Numbered from the stretch's first letter, positions 15,108-29,887 are shown. The stretch: DNA of 64,000 nucleotides from the human T2T-CHM13v2.0 reference genome, Homo sapiens (GCF_009914755.1 NC_060935.1); one strand, 5' to 3'. Made by a program: numbers and translations. Notes: generated by a model from the letters alone, not told the origin.

Positions 15108-17569
15108 GTTATTATTTGAGAGTGAAATGAAATAGACATGTGCATCAGGTAAACTTCAGACTTGTCCCCAAAACTTTTCTCTCTTGAGCTAAGAGATGCT
15201 ACTTGAAGACATTGTTAGGTCTCAGTAATTCTCTAGTTTTGCAAGTCAGCATGTGCCTGGCTGGTGGAGTGCTGTGCTGTGGGTATTTGGGGCTGTAGAG
15301 GTTTAATGGTTAAGGCAACATGGACCACATTACTGATTGCCCCTTTCAAATCTCCCAGTAACCATTAACATAAATATCATCTCACCATTTTGGACAAGGG
15401 ACACCACCCTTATGCACGTTAGTAATATGATGCTAATGCTTAACTCTTTCATTGCCCTGCTTCAAAGGCCTTGTCCTATATCCATTGATAGGGAGTCTCT
15501 TTGAACCTAAAGGAGAAATGAAAGGGTTAACTCCTTTTGGTTTTGCCCTTTGACCACTTCTGGATGAGAGGCATGATGAAATACTTTTCAAAGTCTTCAG
15601 TGGAAACACATCATGCATAATTGGAGCAAAAAAGAATAAATCAAAGCTTTTTTTCCCCTTTTAGTCTGGTAATTCATAATTGAAACCACATTGAGGTAAG
15701 GGTTGATAACTTCAAAACAACCAAGAAAACTGCCCTTTCTATCAAGGTAGGAATAGGTAAGGCTTCTCATTACTAGGTGCTGAAAAGCTTCTGTATAGCA
15801 GGCCTGTCCTCTTCTCTTCCTTTCTTCTCTGTCTTCTCATTTTTCTGTTTAGGCAAAATACGTTCATTTAAATCAGATATAGGTTGACTCAAATATCTGC
15901 TGAATTCTCTTATTTTCACATGAAGTTATACATAGTGACAAAAAATCTCTGATGTGATGAGGAATAGTAATTAAAATTTGGATCATCCTGTATTGCAGCT
16001 TGATTTCTTCAGTGCTACAGTTTGGTTTGGTTTAGGCTGAAAGAGTCTTTTAGTTGGTAATGAAATGTGGTTTTCCTTGCTCTTGATTTCACAATCCGAG
16101 TAGCATCAGCAAGAACGCTTCAGAATGGCTAGCAAAGGCCACCCGTTTACCACCTTTCTCTGCTTTCTGTATGGTAACCCTAGAATGGTTTTGGTTAGGC
16201 TCACACAGCTACCATGACCTTTCAACTACAAGAAAGCAAATCAGGATTGCAGGAAGGGCTCAGGCAACTTCCTGTGTTTGGGAATGCCAAAGGCACAACT
16301 AGTTGCTTGAGTTTGAATCTCTTTCCTGAAGGGGAAACCCCTTTGAACTGGTAGCTGACTTTAAGCTTAGTCTCCCAAGGCCTTTCCTTCAAGGCATCCT
16401 GAAACCTGAGCCCACACATCCCTCTCACTAGTGTCTGCACACTACTAGTTCTTACACCAGGGCTTTGCAGAATAAAAGAACTTTTCTGCAGCTGGCATTG
16501 TGACCTGACAGTTCTCGTGGCTGTTAGGGATTACTTTTATGCAATTGCAATTTAACAATGTGAGATTTCTTATTGGCGCTTCTGTACTGAATTTGGAGGA
16601 GTGAGAAGTAAACGGTGGGAGAATGGGCAAGAGGTGAGCAAGGCATTTTGGCCAAAGGCCAGCACATTGTCAGAATAATACACACTTATTCTTTTGGTAT
16701 CTCCTCCTACCTTTGAGTGAACAGGTTCATCCAGTGTATTTGAAAATTGCATTGACAGCCAAGGTTTTGAAGGCATAGCTGCGATAGATGAGCTTTGCCT
16801 CTTCTCCAGCTCTGTTGCTGGATGCCTGGTTTTATGCCCTATCTTGCCATCATGGAGATTTAATCAGGTAGCAGAGTTAATTGCCAGCATTGTTTGCCTT
16901 TTCCCTGGCAGAAGCCAGTCTTGAGTAAATTATGGAGGTTTAAATTTGCTTGATTTCATGCAGAAAGTGGGGTCAAGAGGTCCCAGACTGTAGACACTCT
17001 CCTTGGTCAGCCAGCAGGGGGTCAGTTCTTAAAGGTATTTCAGAGGTGACTAAATGCTGTTTTTGAAATGTTCCTCCCCAGGAAGCTTTTTTTCTCTGGA
17101 GGTTAGTTTGCTGACCTTACCCTAGTGGGGTGGAGTGTCTGTGTGAAGGTAACACCCCAATTAAAGCTGCCTTTCTCCACGCTGTCACTGAGCTCCAAAG
17201 GCAAATAGGATTATGCTTGAGGAAGGGAAAAGCAATTGACACAGAAGCTTAGTTGTAGATCAGCATTTCCTATTTATGACTCTTTGAAATAGAGCATAAC
17301 GGTAGCCATGTCAATTTGTCACTAAAACAATGACCAGGAAAAGAAAATTTCAAAAGAAACGAAAAAGCTAGCTGTGTAACTTAAAAAATATATATTATTT
17401 AAGGCTTTTCACAATAGAGCTCTAACCTGCCATTACCTGAGTTCCTCTCATTTCTGCTGTCTGACCTTTCTCCTCCCAGCAAGCTGTGAGGTGCCCTGTT
17501 GGATGGCTCACTGTCTTGTCAGCAAATCTTTGCACATGCCGCTCAGCTTGCCCCTAGGCTTCTTTGGCC

Positions 17570-17845
17570 AGCCCTCTCCTGCTTCTTCTTAAAGGCACTG
17601 CTCAGACCTCCTCATCTCCAGGTAGGGAGAGGTGATTGTGTAGATCTCGGTGTTTCCACCTATGGAGTACCTTTCATTCTTTGTTTACTACTTGTTAGTT
17701 TACATTGTAATTTGTGTTTTTACTGTGCTGTCTTCCCCACTAGGTTATGTGTGTTTTGAGAGGAAGGAAAGTGTTCATCTTTGCATCTTTAACACTATAC
17801 CAGGCTTATAGTGTATGTTCAGGAAATGTTGACTGAATGAATGAG
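17570..17845 (+). mobile_element. L2 3' end
   Basis: tgtcttccccactag...aaatgttgactgaatgaatga tail. Confidence 0.7.
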
Positions 17846-17974
17846 TACCAGAAATAAAGCTAGTGGGAATGATTGCTGAATCACCAATACCAGTGTTTTA
17901 GTAGGCAAGATGAATACAAATCGAGAAGAGTGGAAGTATTTTGTTTGCTTTAAACTCTAATTCATAGGATCCTG

Positions 17975-18140
17975 TGTTGAGCCCTCTGCTAAATGTTTAT
18001 GTACATAATCTCGTTTAATCATCATTGCCCTAGGAGGTAGATACTATCATGATCCCTGTTTTACAGATGAGGAAACTGATACTCAAAGAACTGTACATGT
18101 CACAAGACTAGTACATGGCAAGGCCCAGATTAAAGCCCTC
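17975..18140 (-). mobile_element. MIR
   Basis: ttttacagatgaggaaactga core. Confidence 0.8.
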
Positions 18141-18724
18141 TGTTAAATATCTCTATAAAATCCTACACTTCTTCAGAACACAGCACAGTAAGATTCTTGG
18201 TAAGTATGTATAAAATGAGTTAACTAGGTTCGGAGTCATTTCAAAACTCATAATTTTAGTCATTTAAATGTACATCAGCTATTCATATCTATACATAAGG
18301 GGGACTGATAAAACAGGCCTGAGTCATTTGGCTTTAACTTACTTCTTTAAAAAACAAGTTTTGATTGAACAACTAGGCATTGTTCTAAATAGTGGGTGTT
18401 CTGGCTCCTGCCTTCGTGGAGCTTTCAGGATAGCCAAAACATAATGAATAGAAAGGAAAAGAGAAAATCATGGAAATAAAAACAGTATATTTGGACAGGA
18501 AGAAGTAGAGGTAGAGAATCCAGGTAAACCAGGACCTTGAAACATGATAAGGTAAAGAGAGGGAGAAATAAGGACTTCATTTGGGATTCTTGTACTGCAA
18601 TTCATTTGGAATTCTTGTGCTGCAAGAGATCTCAAGACTGCTTAGGCTACCTCCTATCCACTTTTGAGACACATGGAACGTAAAGCCTGGAGAAATTATA
18701 ACTCACACAAGATCAACCATTGGC

Positions 18725-18940
18725 TACAATTTATTGAATGCTTCTACATGACAGTACCTTACATATATTACCTCATTTATGCTAAGTAATACTACCTAGA
18801 AAGATGGTAATAGTTATATGATGATTTTTATAGACAGAGAAACTGAGGTACAAGAGAGATTAAGTACTTTGCCCAGGCTATGCAGCTGGCAAGTGAAAGA
18901 ACCTGGATTCCGATTAAGAACTTGTGATTCCAAAACTGAC
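18725..18940 (-). mobile_element. MIR
   Basis: atagacagagaaactgagg...gattaagtactttgcccagg. Confidence 0.75.
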
Positions 18941-19884
18941 TTCAAACATGCTAACTCAATTTTGAAGCCATTTGCATTAACCCTGGTGGTGTGTTCTACA
19001 GTAAATAATTGAGCCTGTGTTTGAGTAGATGTATGCTTAGAAGCTTACATACTGCCTCCTGTGTTCATCTCCACTTCTGGATTTTAAGGGACGGTATTGG
19101 CAAGATCCAGTTCTCCTTATGCTCCTTTCCATGCTGTCCATACCCCCCATGCTGCCTTCCCTGCTTCTCCAGTACTCAAGCCCTATTTGGGATGCAAGTG
19201 GGCAGTGGGGAAAAACAACATCAAGAAAAGTTACTGTCCACTTCCCAGCCAACCATTCCTTCCTGTCCTTCCTCCTCCCCTACCGATTCACTTCCCAAGT
19301 GGAGCTGGCATGTGGGATGAGACCCGATCTGTTGTCTTGCCAGCGACTCTGGCTCCATGTCCCTGGCAGCTCCTTGAAATCAGAGCTGCAATGCCTTTCA
19401 GGGCTGCCTCAGTTTAAATGCCAAGGCATTCGTTTTGTGAGCCTAAGCTTTGCATCTCTTAGGGAATTTTCCTCTCTTCTTAATGTCATAAAGACATTTA
19501 AGTGTGTTGGCATTCTCCCCTCTTCTCCCAAAGAACAGACCTCATTCTGTTGGAGTTTTAATAGTTTTTCCTTCTGTTTTAGTGGTGTATTTACCTTTTT
19601 AAATTTATGTGCACACTTTGTGTCAGTGTTATATATTCGGTGTGTTTTTATTCCATAGACTTTCTGAAATCATAGTGTTTGGGGTGGGTTCTTGCTTATT
19701 GGCCCAGATTTTATTAACAAGGATCAAGAACTTTTAGGATTTTTGTCTTAGAAAAGAGCTAGAAGTAGCAAACTCTGGAGTTCCCCACACTTGAATTTTC
19801 CAAAGTCTATAAAATGGTAATGCATACCCAGTTTGGGTATGTATGTAGGAGGGCATAGGGAAGGGCTGTGAACCATTACCGTCT

Positions 19885-20100
19885 GGTGTTCTGAAATCAG
19901 ATTGCTTGAGTTGTATCTCAGTTCCATCACTTACAGGTTATATAGCCTTGAACATCATTTGCTATTTCTAGTTCTACAGTTTCCTCATCTGTAAAGTGAG
20001 AACAATAACCGTATCTATCTTGGGGGTTGTTGTGAATATCTAATGAGGTAATACATGTAAAGCACAGTATTTTGCACTTAGTAAGTACTCAGTAAATCTT
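19885..20100 (+). mobile_element. MIR
   Basis: cagtttcctcatctgtaaagtgag...gtaaagcac...tagtaagtactcagtaaat. Confidence 0.8.
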
Positions 20101-20454
20101 GACTGTTTCAATATCACACATTAAATCATTTTATACACTTTTTTAAAGGAATCTTTTTGTTTCTTTTCCACTTAAAATGGTGTTTTTCAAGCAGGCATTA
20201 GTGAGTATTGTGTCAAGAGGGTTAGGTGAGTGGGTTGGGGATAGTGATGGCACATAGACCATGAACGGTCCCTGGGGATTAATTATGACTTAAATATAGG
20301 GCTACTTTCTGACTTCAGTTTCCATAAAGGTCAGGAAGAGATGAAGAATAAAATTTGGGGTAGAAAACTCAAAAAGGTTTCTAGAAGTACAATGAGTTGC
20401 TAAGGTACAAATACTAAAATCCAGGCACCTTCCTAAGACTACAGCTTAATATCA

Positions 20455-20819
<365 letters not shown>

Positions 20820-21179
20820 CTATTGTGTCTCTTGGTTGTGAAATCTAATTATAGCATGTTGTGGACATTTTGGCTTTAATATCCTGATTACATTAGGACC
20901 CTAGGAATCCCATTCAGCTTCTTTGAGTTTCCATCCCATATGTATTCCATGGGTTTGTGTGCATTTCTCATCCCACACTGTTACATCTGGCAGACAGCTG
21001 TTGTCACAAAGTTGGTGATGGGTGTCCATCAGTGATATGGATGAGATTGATAGGGAACCTTGGCAATCCCAGAGTATAAAAGACTAGGGAAGTATGCAGC
21101 AGCCATAATAGCAGATAGGACATTTCATTCTCAGCCACCTTCTGGCAAAGATGGAATTCAGTCCTGGGCTTTTTGCATG

Positions 21180-21370
21180 ATAACATATGAATATGAATGT
21201 AATTAATGCCACCGAATTACACATTTAACAATGGTTAAAATGGCAAATTTAATATTATATATATTTTACCACAATTTTTAAAAGTGAACAATGTAATATA
21301 CCAAAACCATTATATGCTTTAAGTGGGTAGATTGTATGGTATATGAATCATATCCTAATAAAGCTGGTAA
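21180..21370 (+). mobile_element. L1M 3' end
   Basis: aatggttaaaatggcaaattt...tatattttaccacaattttt...gattgtatggtatatgaatcatatcctaataaagc. Confidence 0.7.
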
Positions 21371-21649
21371 AATATATAAGAACATTTAAATAATCTTAAT
21401 TATTATCAGTGCAAAAATATTTTTGCTTACATTGCTGTATTAAAAGTACTTAATATTTTAATGGTAGCAAAGAGATTGACTTTCTTTCATCACTTTTTAA
21501 ACTTTATTTTAAAAACATTTCACATTTAACTGATAACTTTTGAGAATTGTACATTGAACTCACATGTTCCTCACCTATTTTCACACATTGTGAACATTTT
21601 CTCTTTATTCTCTGTGTTCAGAAATATGCACTTTGATATGGCAGTGGTT

Positions 21650-22930
21650 TTTGTTTTTTTATTTTTGTCTTTTTAAAAAATTCACTGTGCTGCTTCTGTT
21701 AATCCTTTGCAATCTGAAAATTCATGCCTCTTATATCTTAACGTACTGAGAACTTCTTTAATTTCTTTGATAGATTTACTTCTCCCATAGTCTGTGTTTT
21801 CTTTTCTGGAATCTCCTATTAAATAGATGTTGGACCTTCTAGATTTTCTCATTTTCTCTGTCCTTATTTTTCATCTCTGCCTTTTTGTTCACCAGTCTGG
21901 AATATTTTGTCATCTTTATCTTGCAATCCTGACCTTTTTTCCCCCGACTGACAGGACCAACCAGGTAGCAATCCTGCCCTCAAAAAATAATTTAAACTAT
22001 TATATTTTTAATGTTGAAGAGTTGTTTCTGTTCTTTGGTAGAGCTTTTAAAATAAAAATAGCAATTTATTCTTGTTTCATGGATGAAGAATCTTATCTGC
22101 CAGTGGCTACAATTTGTTGTTGATGCTGTTTGAATTTCCTTCTGCTGCTTCTGTTGTTTCTGTTACTTCTAAGTTCCTTTTTTTCTTTATTCATTTGGTT
22201 TCTGACATTCATGCTGAAGATGCTCTTGAAATGCCTGTGATTCTAGAATCTGCTCATGATTGAGAGGGAAGCGCTGAAAAGCTGATCGGAAGTTCTTTGT
22301 GTGAAGGCCAGCTTGTTGCCTGGAGGACTTCACTGTAAGATGTTGGGGTGCCGAGCTAACCACATGGCTACCAATGCTTTGGGAACTAAAGGGGAAAGAA
22401 GGCTGTAGGGCCCACCATTCAGAATGTAGATTTTTAGCCTGTATTTTCCTCTCCTCTGTGCCTGTATTTCCCTGTCTAGAGCTTCAGTTTCCTTGGAGAG
22501 GAAACCTCCCTTCTCTAGCTGGGGTGAGGGAAGAGTCGTTTTTCTGGCTGAGTAGGATCAAGGGAGGGTTTGTGAATCTGGGCCTCTAACTGCTCCTTAA
22601 ACAGATTTTTAACAGTCTTCCTGTTTTCAACCTTACCGCTTCTCTTACCTCACAAGGTATCTGTGAGTTTCATTCCTGAACCCTGTGAATTCCCAGGTTG
22701 GCTTGCTTGCCATCGCTGCCTCCCCTCCTGGTAGGTGCCCAGGTCTCCACTCTCACTCCTCCTCTGCTACCCCTTCTCTAGCCCTTTCCAGCTTTCAAAA
22801 ATATCGTAATAGGCCCATCAGCTGTTGTCTCTTCTCCCATCTCTTTGTCCTTGTAGATTTATATTCTTTTATATTCATCAACTGCCTTTTTATTGGGTTT
22901 GGGGAGAGAATGGAGATAAACGCATGCTTT
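21650..22930 (-). mobile_element. HAL1/old L1-like element
   Basis: Block at 22249-22297 (gaagcgctgaaaagctgatcggaag) is homologous to 7209-7256. T-rich antisense character. Confidence 0.6.
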
Positions 22931-23182
22931 AATCTGTCATGTTTAACTAGAATTCTTTTCTCAGCTGCAAAAGTTCTCAGCTCCTTTTCCAGTGATATCA
23001 GAACCAAACTTAATTAGTCCATGCAAATTTTGAGGAGGGGAAGACTTTGAGCAGTTGCTTAGCTCTGGGATCTGTCCTGGTAAAAGCCATCAAGCCTGCC
23101 ATGTTTGGGTTTGCTGACGATATTGGGTCAGCCATATTGTTACAGCTGCTTTTCTGACCCGTGTTAATCTGTCCTCTTGTAG

Positions 23183-23383
<201 letters not shown>

Positions 23384-26300
23384 TAGTGCCTCTCTCAGCT
23401 GGATCAATTTTGGATGGCCAAATTATTCACATCCTTTGTTTTAAATAAATTTTCCTGCTTTGTCAATAGCAATACCATTTCTGAGACAGCATGCCTCCAT
23501 TTTTCTCAGTCATCTCATTCTTGTTCTAGGGTGGCCCATTTAACTCCAAGCCCTGGCATACTCTGTAGCCACAAGTGTTTGAGGGCTTAGGAATCAACAG
23601 GATCAAAGGCTATCAGCCTTAGGAAAACAGATCTCAGCTTCCCTCAGCCATCTCAGCTGATTTGTTTACATGAAAACTCAGTTTAAAAGGCATTAGTTTT
23701 CTCCTTTCTTATCTCTGCTCTGATGCTGTACTTTCTCAAAAAAAAAAAAGGGATGGCCTCACTTCTGATTGGAAAAGTCAGCAGCAAAGCATACCCTGTC
23801 CAGACTTCAAGTCAGGTCCTTAAAGAGAGCAATCACTAGAAGTTCCCATTGGTTCTTCCTTAATCACTTTGTTCCTTGCCTTGGCCACCCCTGTAATCTG
23901 CTGGCTGGCAGCTAGGGTTGAGGACTATTTGATTCATTGGATTTGTTTTTAATTCGGGACGCACAGAGTATGTTCCACCTGCATTTGGTTTCTCATTCAG
24001 TCTGTGTATTACTGATCCTAATCCCAGGGACTTCAAAGCTCCTGCCATTTATAGCCTATTAAAGCCAGGAAGTTTCTGATGGATTAGAGCAAGGAATGAA
24101 TGAGTTTGAAGTTAGTAATGTGCACCACTGTCACCGATAAGGTCTAGTTTATTGCCTGACAGTAGTATCTGCACTTTTTATGGCTAGTCTCTTTTAATTG
24201 GATATACTGAAGTCGGGAAAGTCAACCTTGAAAATTGCCAGTAGTAGATCTATAGTCTAGGCTGGAAGAAGTCCATATTTCTGGCTCTGTTAGGCAAATC
24301 AGAATTTGCCTTGAGAAAATTCTTTAGTTTCTCCTTTACTTCATGGGATGTTTGTTCTCTGAGAGAATCATATGCTTTCTTTTTAGATTTAGGGAGCCAC
24401 AGTTTGAGTAAATAAAACAGCTATTTTAAATGAAGGTCCTGTATTATTCCCTGATTTTTAAAAATTAACTTTCTATGCCAAGATTTGTTTTCTCTTTCTC
24501 AACACTATAACATGGCCAGTTTTCTGGATTTTTGTTTTGTTTGATACTTAATAAGGGAGAAGGAAAGGGAGGGGTAAAAGAAAAAGGAAGATGTGGGCAT
24601 CATTTAAGAAGGGAGGATGAGAATACAGAAAGGAAGGAAAAGAGAGACAATTATAAGGAACTATGTAAAGAAGGAAATTGTTGACTTGGATTTCTTCATA
24701 CCAATTGCCTTTCTCCAGAGTGAAGTGAATTGGATGGTATTGCATTGCTAATTAGTCCCTTCGTTTATAAAGGATGGGCTATGTTTGCAGAAGGAAGGCT
24801 GGGCCTCTCATTGGGTCTGGAGTGGCCTGTTGTGTCTTGCAGTAGTCACAGGCCTGTATTTGCTCCTGCATGGAAAGGCCACCAGCTTTCAGAGAGACTC
24901 TCAGCCTGCTCCTGCAATCCTGCCTGAAAGGCAGAGTTGCAAATTCTAGTGCTAAATGCAAAAGAGGCTTCTCCTTATTACTCCTGGTTAGCCACTTTAG
25001 GCATAAGGTGAGTTATTTATTGTGAATTTGTGTCACTTCTTTGGGGAAGGTATCATTGCAAACTGTGAGAAAGGATACATTTTTTTTTCCTTCTTGATCT
25101 AAGCCTCTACACTGGCACAACTAAAGGCAGTAGCAGGAGCCCAGATTTTGGAGTTGGGTGTTCAGTTTTAATTTTTGGTAAGACCCTGCTAAAATGTAGT
25201 GGTTAATTTTATGACCAAGACTTTAGTTTATTTTTAAAAGATTTTGACTCTAGGGAGGAAAAAGAGCCCTTAACTGATGAGGCCCTAATTTTGACATGTG
25301 TAGTGACTGGACTGGCTTTTTACTAACAGTGGTTTTTAGGTCAGGGCTCTGGCTCTGGCGATGTGGTTGTTTGGGGAGAACATGAACCATGTTTAATCTT
25401 CTGTGGGGTGTTTGTTCAGTTGGTAAATGAGGCTGTCAGCTCTGGTCCGCATGCCAGCAAATGCATCTGATTTTTCACGTACAGCATTAGTAACATATAT
25501 ATTATAAAAAAAAAAAAAAGCAAGTCCAAGTCTTTGAAATATTAGAGGCAAAAGTGATGTTTTTCGCTTTCTCTACATTTACTAAAATAAATATTGTGGT
25601 TACCATGTCTGCTGCTGGGAGGATTTGTGTAGGCAGAAATCTACCCCCCTTCCCACTTTTTTTTTTTTTTCATTCTCCAACCCAACCAAATACTTTTTTC
25701 TTTTGGTTACACTTAAGTCCAAATTTCTGGGTTTTAAGTTTAAGTAAATACTTAGACTAGGCAATTGAAATTTCCAGTGAGCTTTCATCACATTGATTTT
25801 GAGCTTTGTCAGAAGAAAAGGCAGGCTACTGCCTTTCTTCCTTTAACTGACTTTAGTTTTAAATTTGAATTAACATCAGGAGCCCCCCAGCTTCAGACTG
25901 TGGTTTGCATAGTCCTTAGCAGGCAGGGTGGGGTTGGCTGAGCATGTCAGCAACCCAGGATGGTCAACAGGGGAGTAAAACCAGCAGCCACCTTCCTTTT
26001 GAGCCGAGTTCTAGGACTGCGGGGAGTTGGGTCATGAGACCAGCTGTACACCAGCAACTCAGGCAATTCTGAAGTGGGCTTAAGGTTTGTATGGAAATAA
26101 TCTGATAATTTATTTTGTGAATCTGTGGTTGTATTTATGATAGTGATTGGCAGGATGGACTTGGGGTCATCTTCAGTCAACCTGACCATTTTTGTAGTAC
26201 CTTTGCCAAGTTGGAGAAAAATGTCTTTGCTCACATTTCTCTTGGCATCCAACATGGAGAAAACCGTTAATCAATATACTTAAAAAAAGAAATCCTTAAC

Positions 26301-28542
26301 ACAAGGAGTTCTTTTTCTCCTTTGAGCTGGACTAAAGCTCATACTGTGAAGTTATCAGGTCACCTGGCTCAGCTGTTTGTTTTTCATAAATTCTGCAACG
26401 CATTTGAAAAATCGTATTTTTCAGGCTACTTTGTATGAATGGAAGGTGACATTTCTATTTCGTCTGTTATAGGTTCACAGGATGAGACATAAGATACAAG
26501 GGCATGCTGTTTCATTTAGAATTTAAAGGAGTAAGGAAGAAAGACCCCATTTAGGCTAAGCAATAGAAGTTGGGCCTGAAGATTTCTAGCTATGACACAG
26601 TTTCTGTCTGCATTCTAGGGGTCACCCCATATTCTTCTGTTTAGACCTCTTCATGTTATCAGTAGAGAAGTGAAGTTCATAGGACTTCACAAGAATCCAT
26701 TTGTGAAGATGATAGTGATATAACCATATTGTATACTTTTTTAATCCTAGGAACAGGAACTGTGCTACATGCTTATTATCTCTAGACCTTAGGACAAACC
26801 TGCAAGGAAACTGTTGTTATTCCCATTTTACAAAAATAAGAAAAATGAAACTCAGATTAGTAATTTGTCAGAAATCAGCACAGATCTTTCTAGATCCAAA
26901 GCTCATGCCCTTTGCACTAAGCCCCCCTGTGTCTATTTAGATTACCATTTAGTTGTAGGAAAATCATCATGTGTTGTCAGTTCTTTGATTTGGGATCATA
27001 TAGAAGAACTAGATCTTTGTCAGGGACTCAGAGAGACAGAAAAGTAAATCTATTTTTTTGAAAAAACTAATGGGAAAGAAAAATCCTCTTTTCTTTTTCA
27101 CATATGTTTTTCTTTCCTACCTCATTCTCCCTTCTCCTTCTACTGCTCCAGTCCTAATTTTTTTAAAGGTTACCTTTCCAGAATCAAAATTCCATATCAG
27201 GATTATCTAAAGGCAGGATATAATTTTAATGCTTATTCTTTGATTGCTACCCTCTCATTTCTGGCCTCCACGAAAGGGATACTGTCAGAAGCCTGAGAGA
27301 ATGGTACTTCTCTTTCATGGAGGCCATTTAATTTGACAAAGGGAAAACATGAAACTGAGAATTCTATTTAGAGTTCTGCCTGGTGGTAGCTGATCACTGA
27401 AATGGAGATGCCTTTTGCCAAAGCCGACTTTTGGCTACTCAGACCTAACTTGCAACAGGGAAAAGTAACCATGTATCTTAAAAAGCCATGATTCATTCTA
27501 TATTTCTACCTGCACCCCATATCATCCTCCTGGGTCTTCATTGTTCTCTAAAACTTCCCCTTCAAAGACTTTACAGAGGCAAGTTAGTTCTTTGTGGACA
27601 TGGTCTCAAGTAATTCTTTGGACATATATAGATGAACAGTGCGGAAAGCTGTCTATGGGTTGAATATGCTATACACATTCGCCAATTGTAAGTCCAGATT
27701 CCATCCAGTATAGAGGTACGTTCATACTTAATCAAAGTAGCTAGCCTAGTTTCTCTACATAGTGGAAAGAGGAGCTGCTTGTTGCCTTGTGGAATTAACA
27801 TGACCAAAGTTCCATGTTCTTTTGTTTTATTAGTGTGTGAGAGTTTAGAGGATTCATGGCAGGGATCTTGCTTCTCTCAAAGTGGATATGGAAGGCCTGG
27901 GCCAGGGGTATACCACTGGGTTGTCAGGGTGATGTACCAGATCTCAACTGTACCACTTTGACACTGCTACCTAGGGTTCAAAAAATGCTCTGGTTCTGTA
28001 GGTAGACACAGACTTTCCAGGGAAAGCATGGCTGACATTTTAGTGACTACCTCCAGTGTGCTGGGCACTGTGTTGCTAAATGCATTCCCATTCACCCTCA
28101 CAGTCAATCATGTCAAGATGGTGTCATTGTTATTCCTTCTTCATAGTTGAAGAAGCAGGCTCAGAGTGTTTAACTTGTTCAAGGTCACATGACAAGCAAG
28201 TGGTAGACCTGGGATCTGAAGCTGTTTCCAAAGACTGTGTTCTTTCTGTGATGTTTTGCTGCCTCATGGAATCCTAAGGCCATAGAGGCATCTTGTTTAG
28301 TTTTCCACCTGATGTCAAGTAGAAATCTGACCTAAGTTAGTGCATTTGAAGTAAAAGGGCATGTTGTGCTGCTGAAGGCAACACATCTTAGAACAGTTTA
28401 TACCATCAGGAAGTTCTTACCTATTTTAAGTCTAAATCAGTTTCCCTGTAACTTCTACCCTTCCATTTGTCATGCTTCTAACTCTAGAGACCATAGAGAA
28501 CAATTCCCTTTTCATTCGATAATCTTTCTGATATCCCAAGAA

Positions 28543-29323
28543 TATTAGTCAAGGTTCATTCTGCAGACAGAAACCACATGATAATTTGAACAGGAAAAAT
28601 TTAATCTAAAGAATTATTAACTAGTAACAGGATTTGCCTACTACAGGGTAAAGAGAACTCTAAAGGTTACAGAAAATAAACTTGGGAGAGCCCCTTCCCC
28701 AGCTAGATCTGAGATTCACACCTTACTAATCACATCCACTGGATTAGTAAAGTTTACTGAGGTGCCACAGGCCAAACTTGACAAGCAGGAAACCCAGTCA
28801 TGCCCTCGTATACACACAGAATTCAACAGAAATCTGCCCCAGGAGTGTTATTGAACTTGCTGGGAAACTGGCTAGGGCTTTAGTGGAGCTCACCTGGAAC
28901 TACCCACAGGGAGAATTGTGGCTGAGTTGCTGGTGGGGCATCCACATAACTTGCTGGGAAGCTTCCTGGAGGGGTGCTGTTAAATTCACTGGGAAGCCAG
29001 TTGGGGTGTGCTAGAACCTCCTGGGAAGCTGCCCCAGGGAAGAGGTGCTACTTACACTTGCTAGAGACAAGTGCCCCTGCCTGCCTGCCTGCCTGCCTGC
29101 TGGCCAGGCACTACTGGAGCAAGAAGTAAAAAAGGCATACCAGAACCAGGAAGAAAGCCACCCCCATGCGCTGCACTGGCCCTTCAGTGCCCTGTACTGA
29201 CACAGTGTGACGCCATGCCAGTTGGCAAAGAAGAGATGTTTACAGGGTCCAGTTCAGCTATCACTAACAGGGCAATGATGACTACAGTTGAAACTGAGAG
29301 GCAATAAAGTGATAAGTGGCACA
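28543..29323 (-). mobile_element. ERVL-class LTR (LTR41/LTR52-like)
   Basis: Reverse complement begins tgtgccacttatcactttattgcctctcag...ggaccctgtaaacat. Internal degenerate repeats of cttgctgggaa. Exact subfamily uncertain. Confidence 0.65.
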
Positions 29324-29479
29324 CTTAGTTTCTTTAAGCATTCTGTAGAAAGCCTGGATACAGATGCCTGCACTGTCCTTGTTATTGCTTCTCAACTATT
29401 TTCTGGGCTTGTTGGTACTTCTTTTAATGTTGTGGTACCCAAATCTGAACAGAGTCTAACTCAGCAGATTTCAGAGTGT

Positions 29480-29840
29480 AATCTGGGTACCCTGAGCATC
29501 CCTGAGATCCTTTCAGGAGATCCAGGACATGGAAATTATTTTCATAATCACTCTGAGTCATTATTTCTCTTTCCCACTTCTTTTATTCTCTCACAAATGT
29601 ACAGTAGAGTTCTCCAGAATCTACAGGTCATGAGTGACATCATTTCCCACAGCTAATGGAATGTGTGCTCATATATTTTCATGTTTTAAAATTTCCTCAG
29701 TTTTAATTTTTAATACAGTAAATAGACAATGTGTTTGTGTGTGTGTGTGTGTATCCTATATAAACAAAATCTCTTTGGGATTTTCAGTAATTTTTAAGAG
29801 CATGAAGGGATTCTGAGACCAAAAATTTTGAAAACCACCG
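29480..29840. mobile_element. hAT-Charlie DNA transposon fragment
   Basis: Ends in ttgaaaaccaccg (Charlie-type terminal repeat); contains a (TG)n run at about 29730-29752. Confidence 0.55.
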
Positions 29841-29887
29841 GTCTGGTAGGTAAGGCTATAACCTCCTTCATTTTAGATGTTACAGGG

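Noticed and set aside
19119-19658. Longest ORF in the track (179 aa) with overlapping ORFs
   Set aside because: No recognisable domain or exon structure; Leu/Ser/Phe-rich composition typical of chance intronic ORFs.
20150-20231. Small pseudo-exon (ttttcaag|...TAG|GTGAGT)
   Set aside because: AAG acceptor with competing AGs nearby; indistinguishable from the background rate of splice-like pairs.
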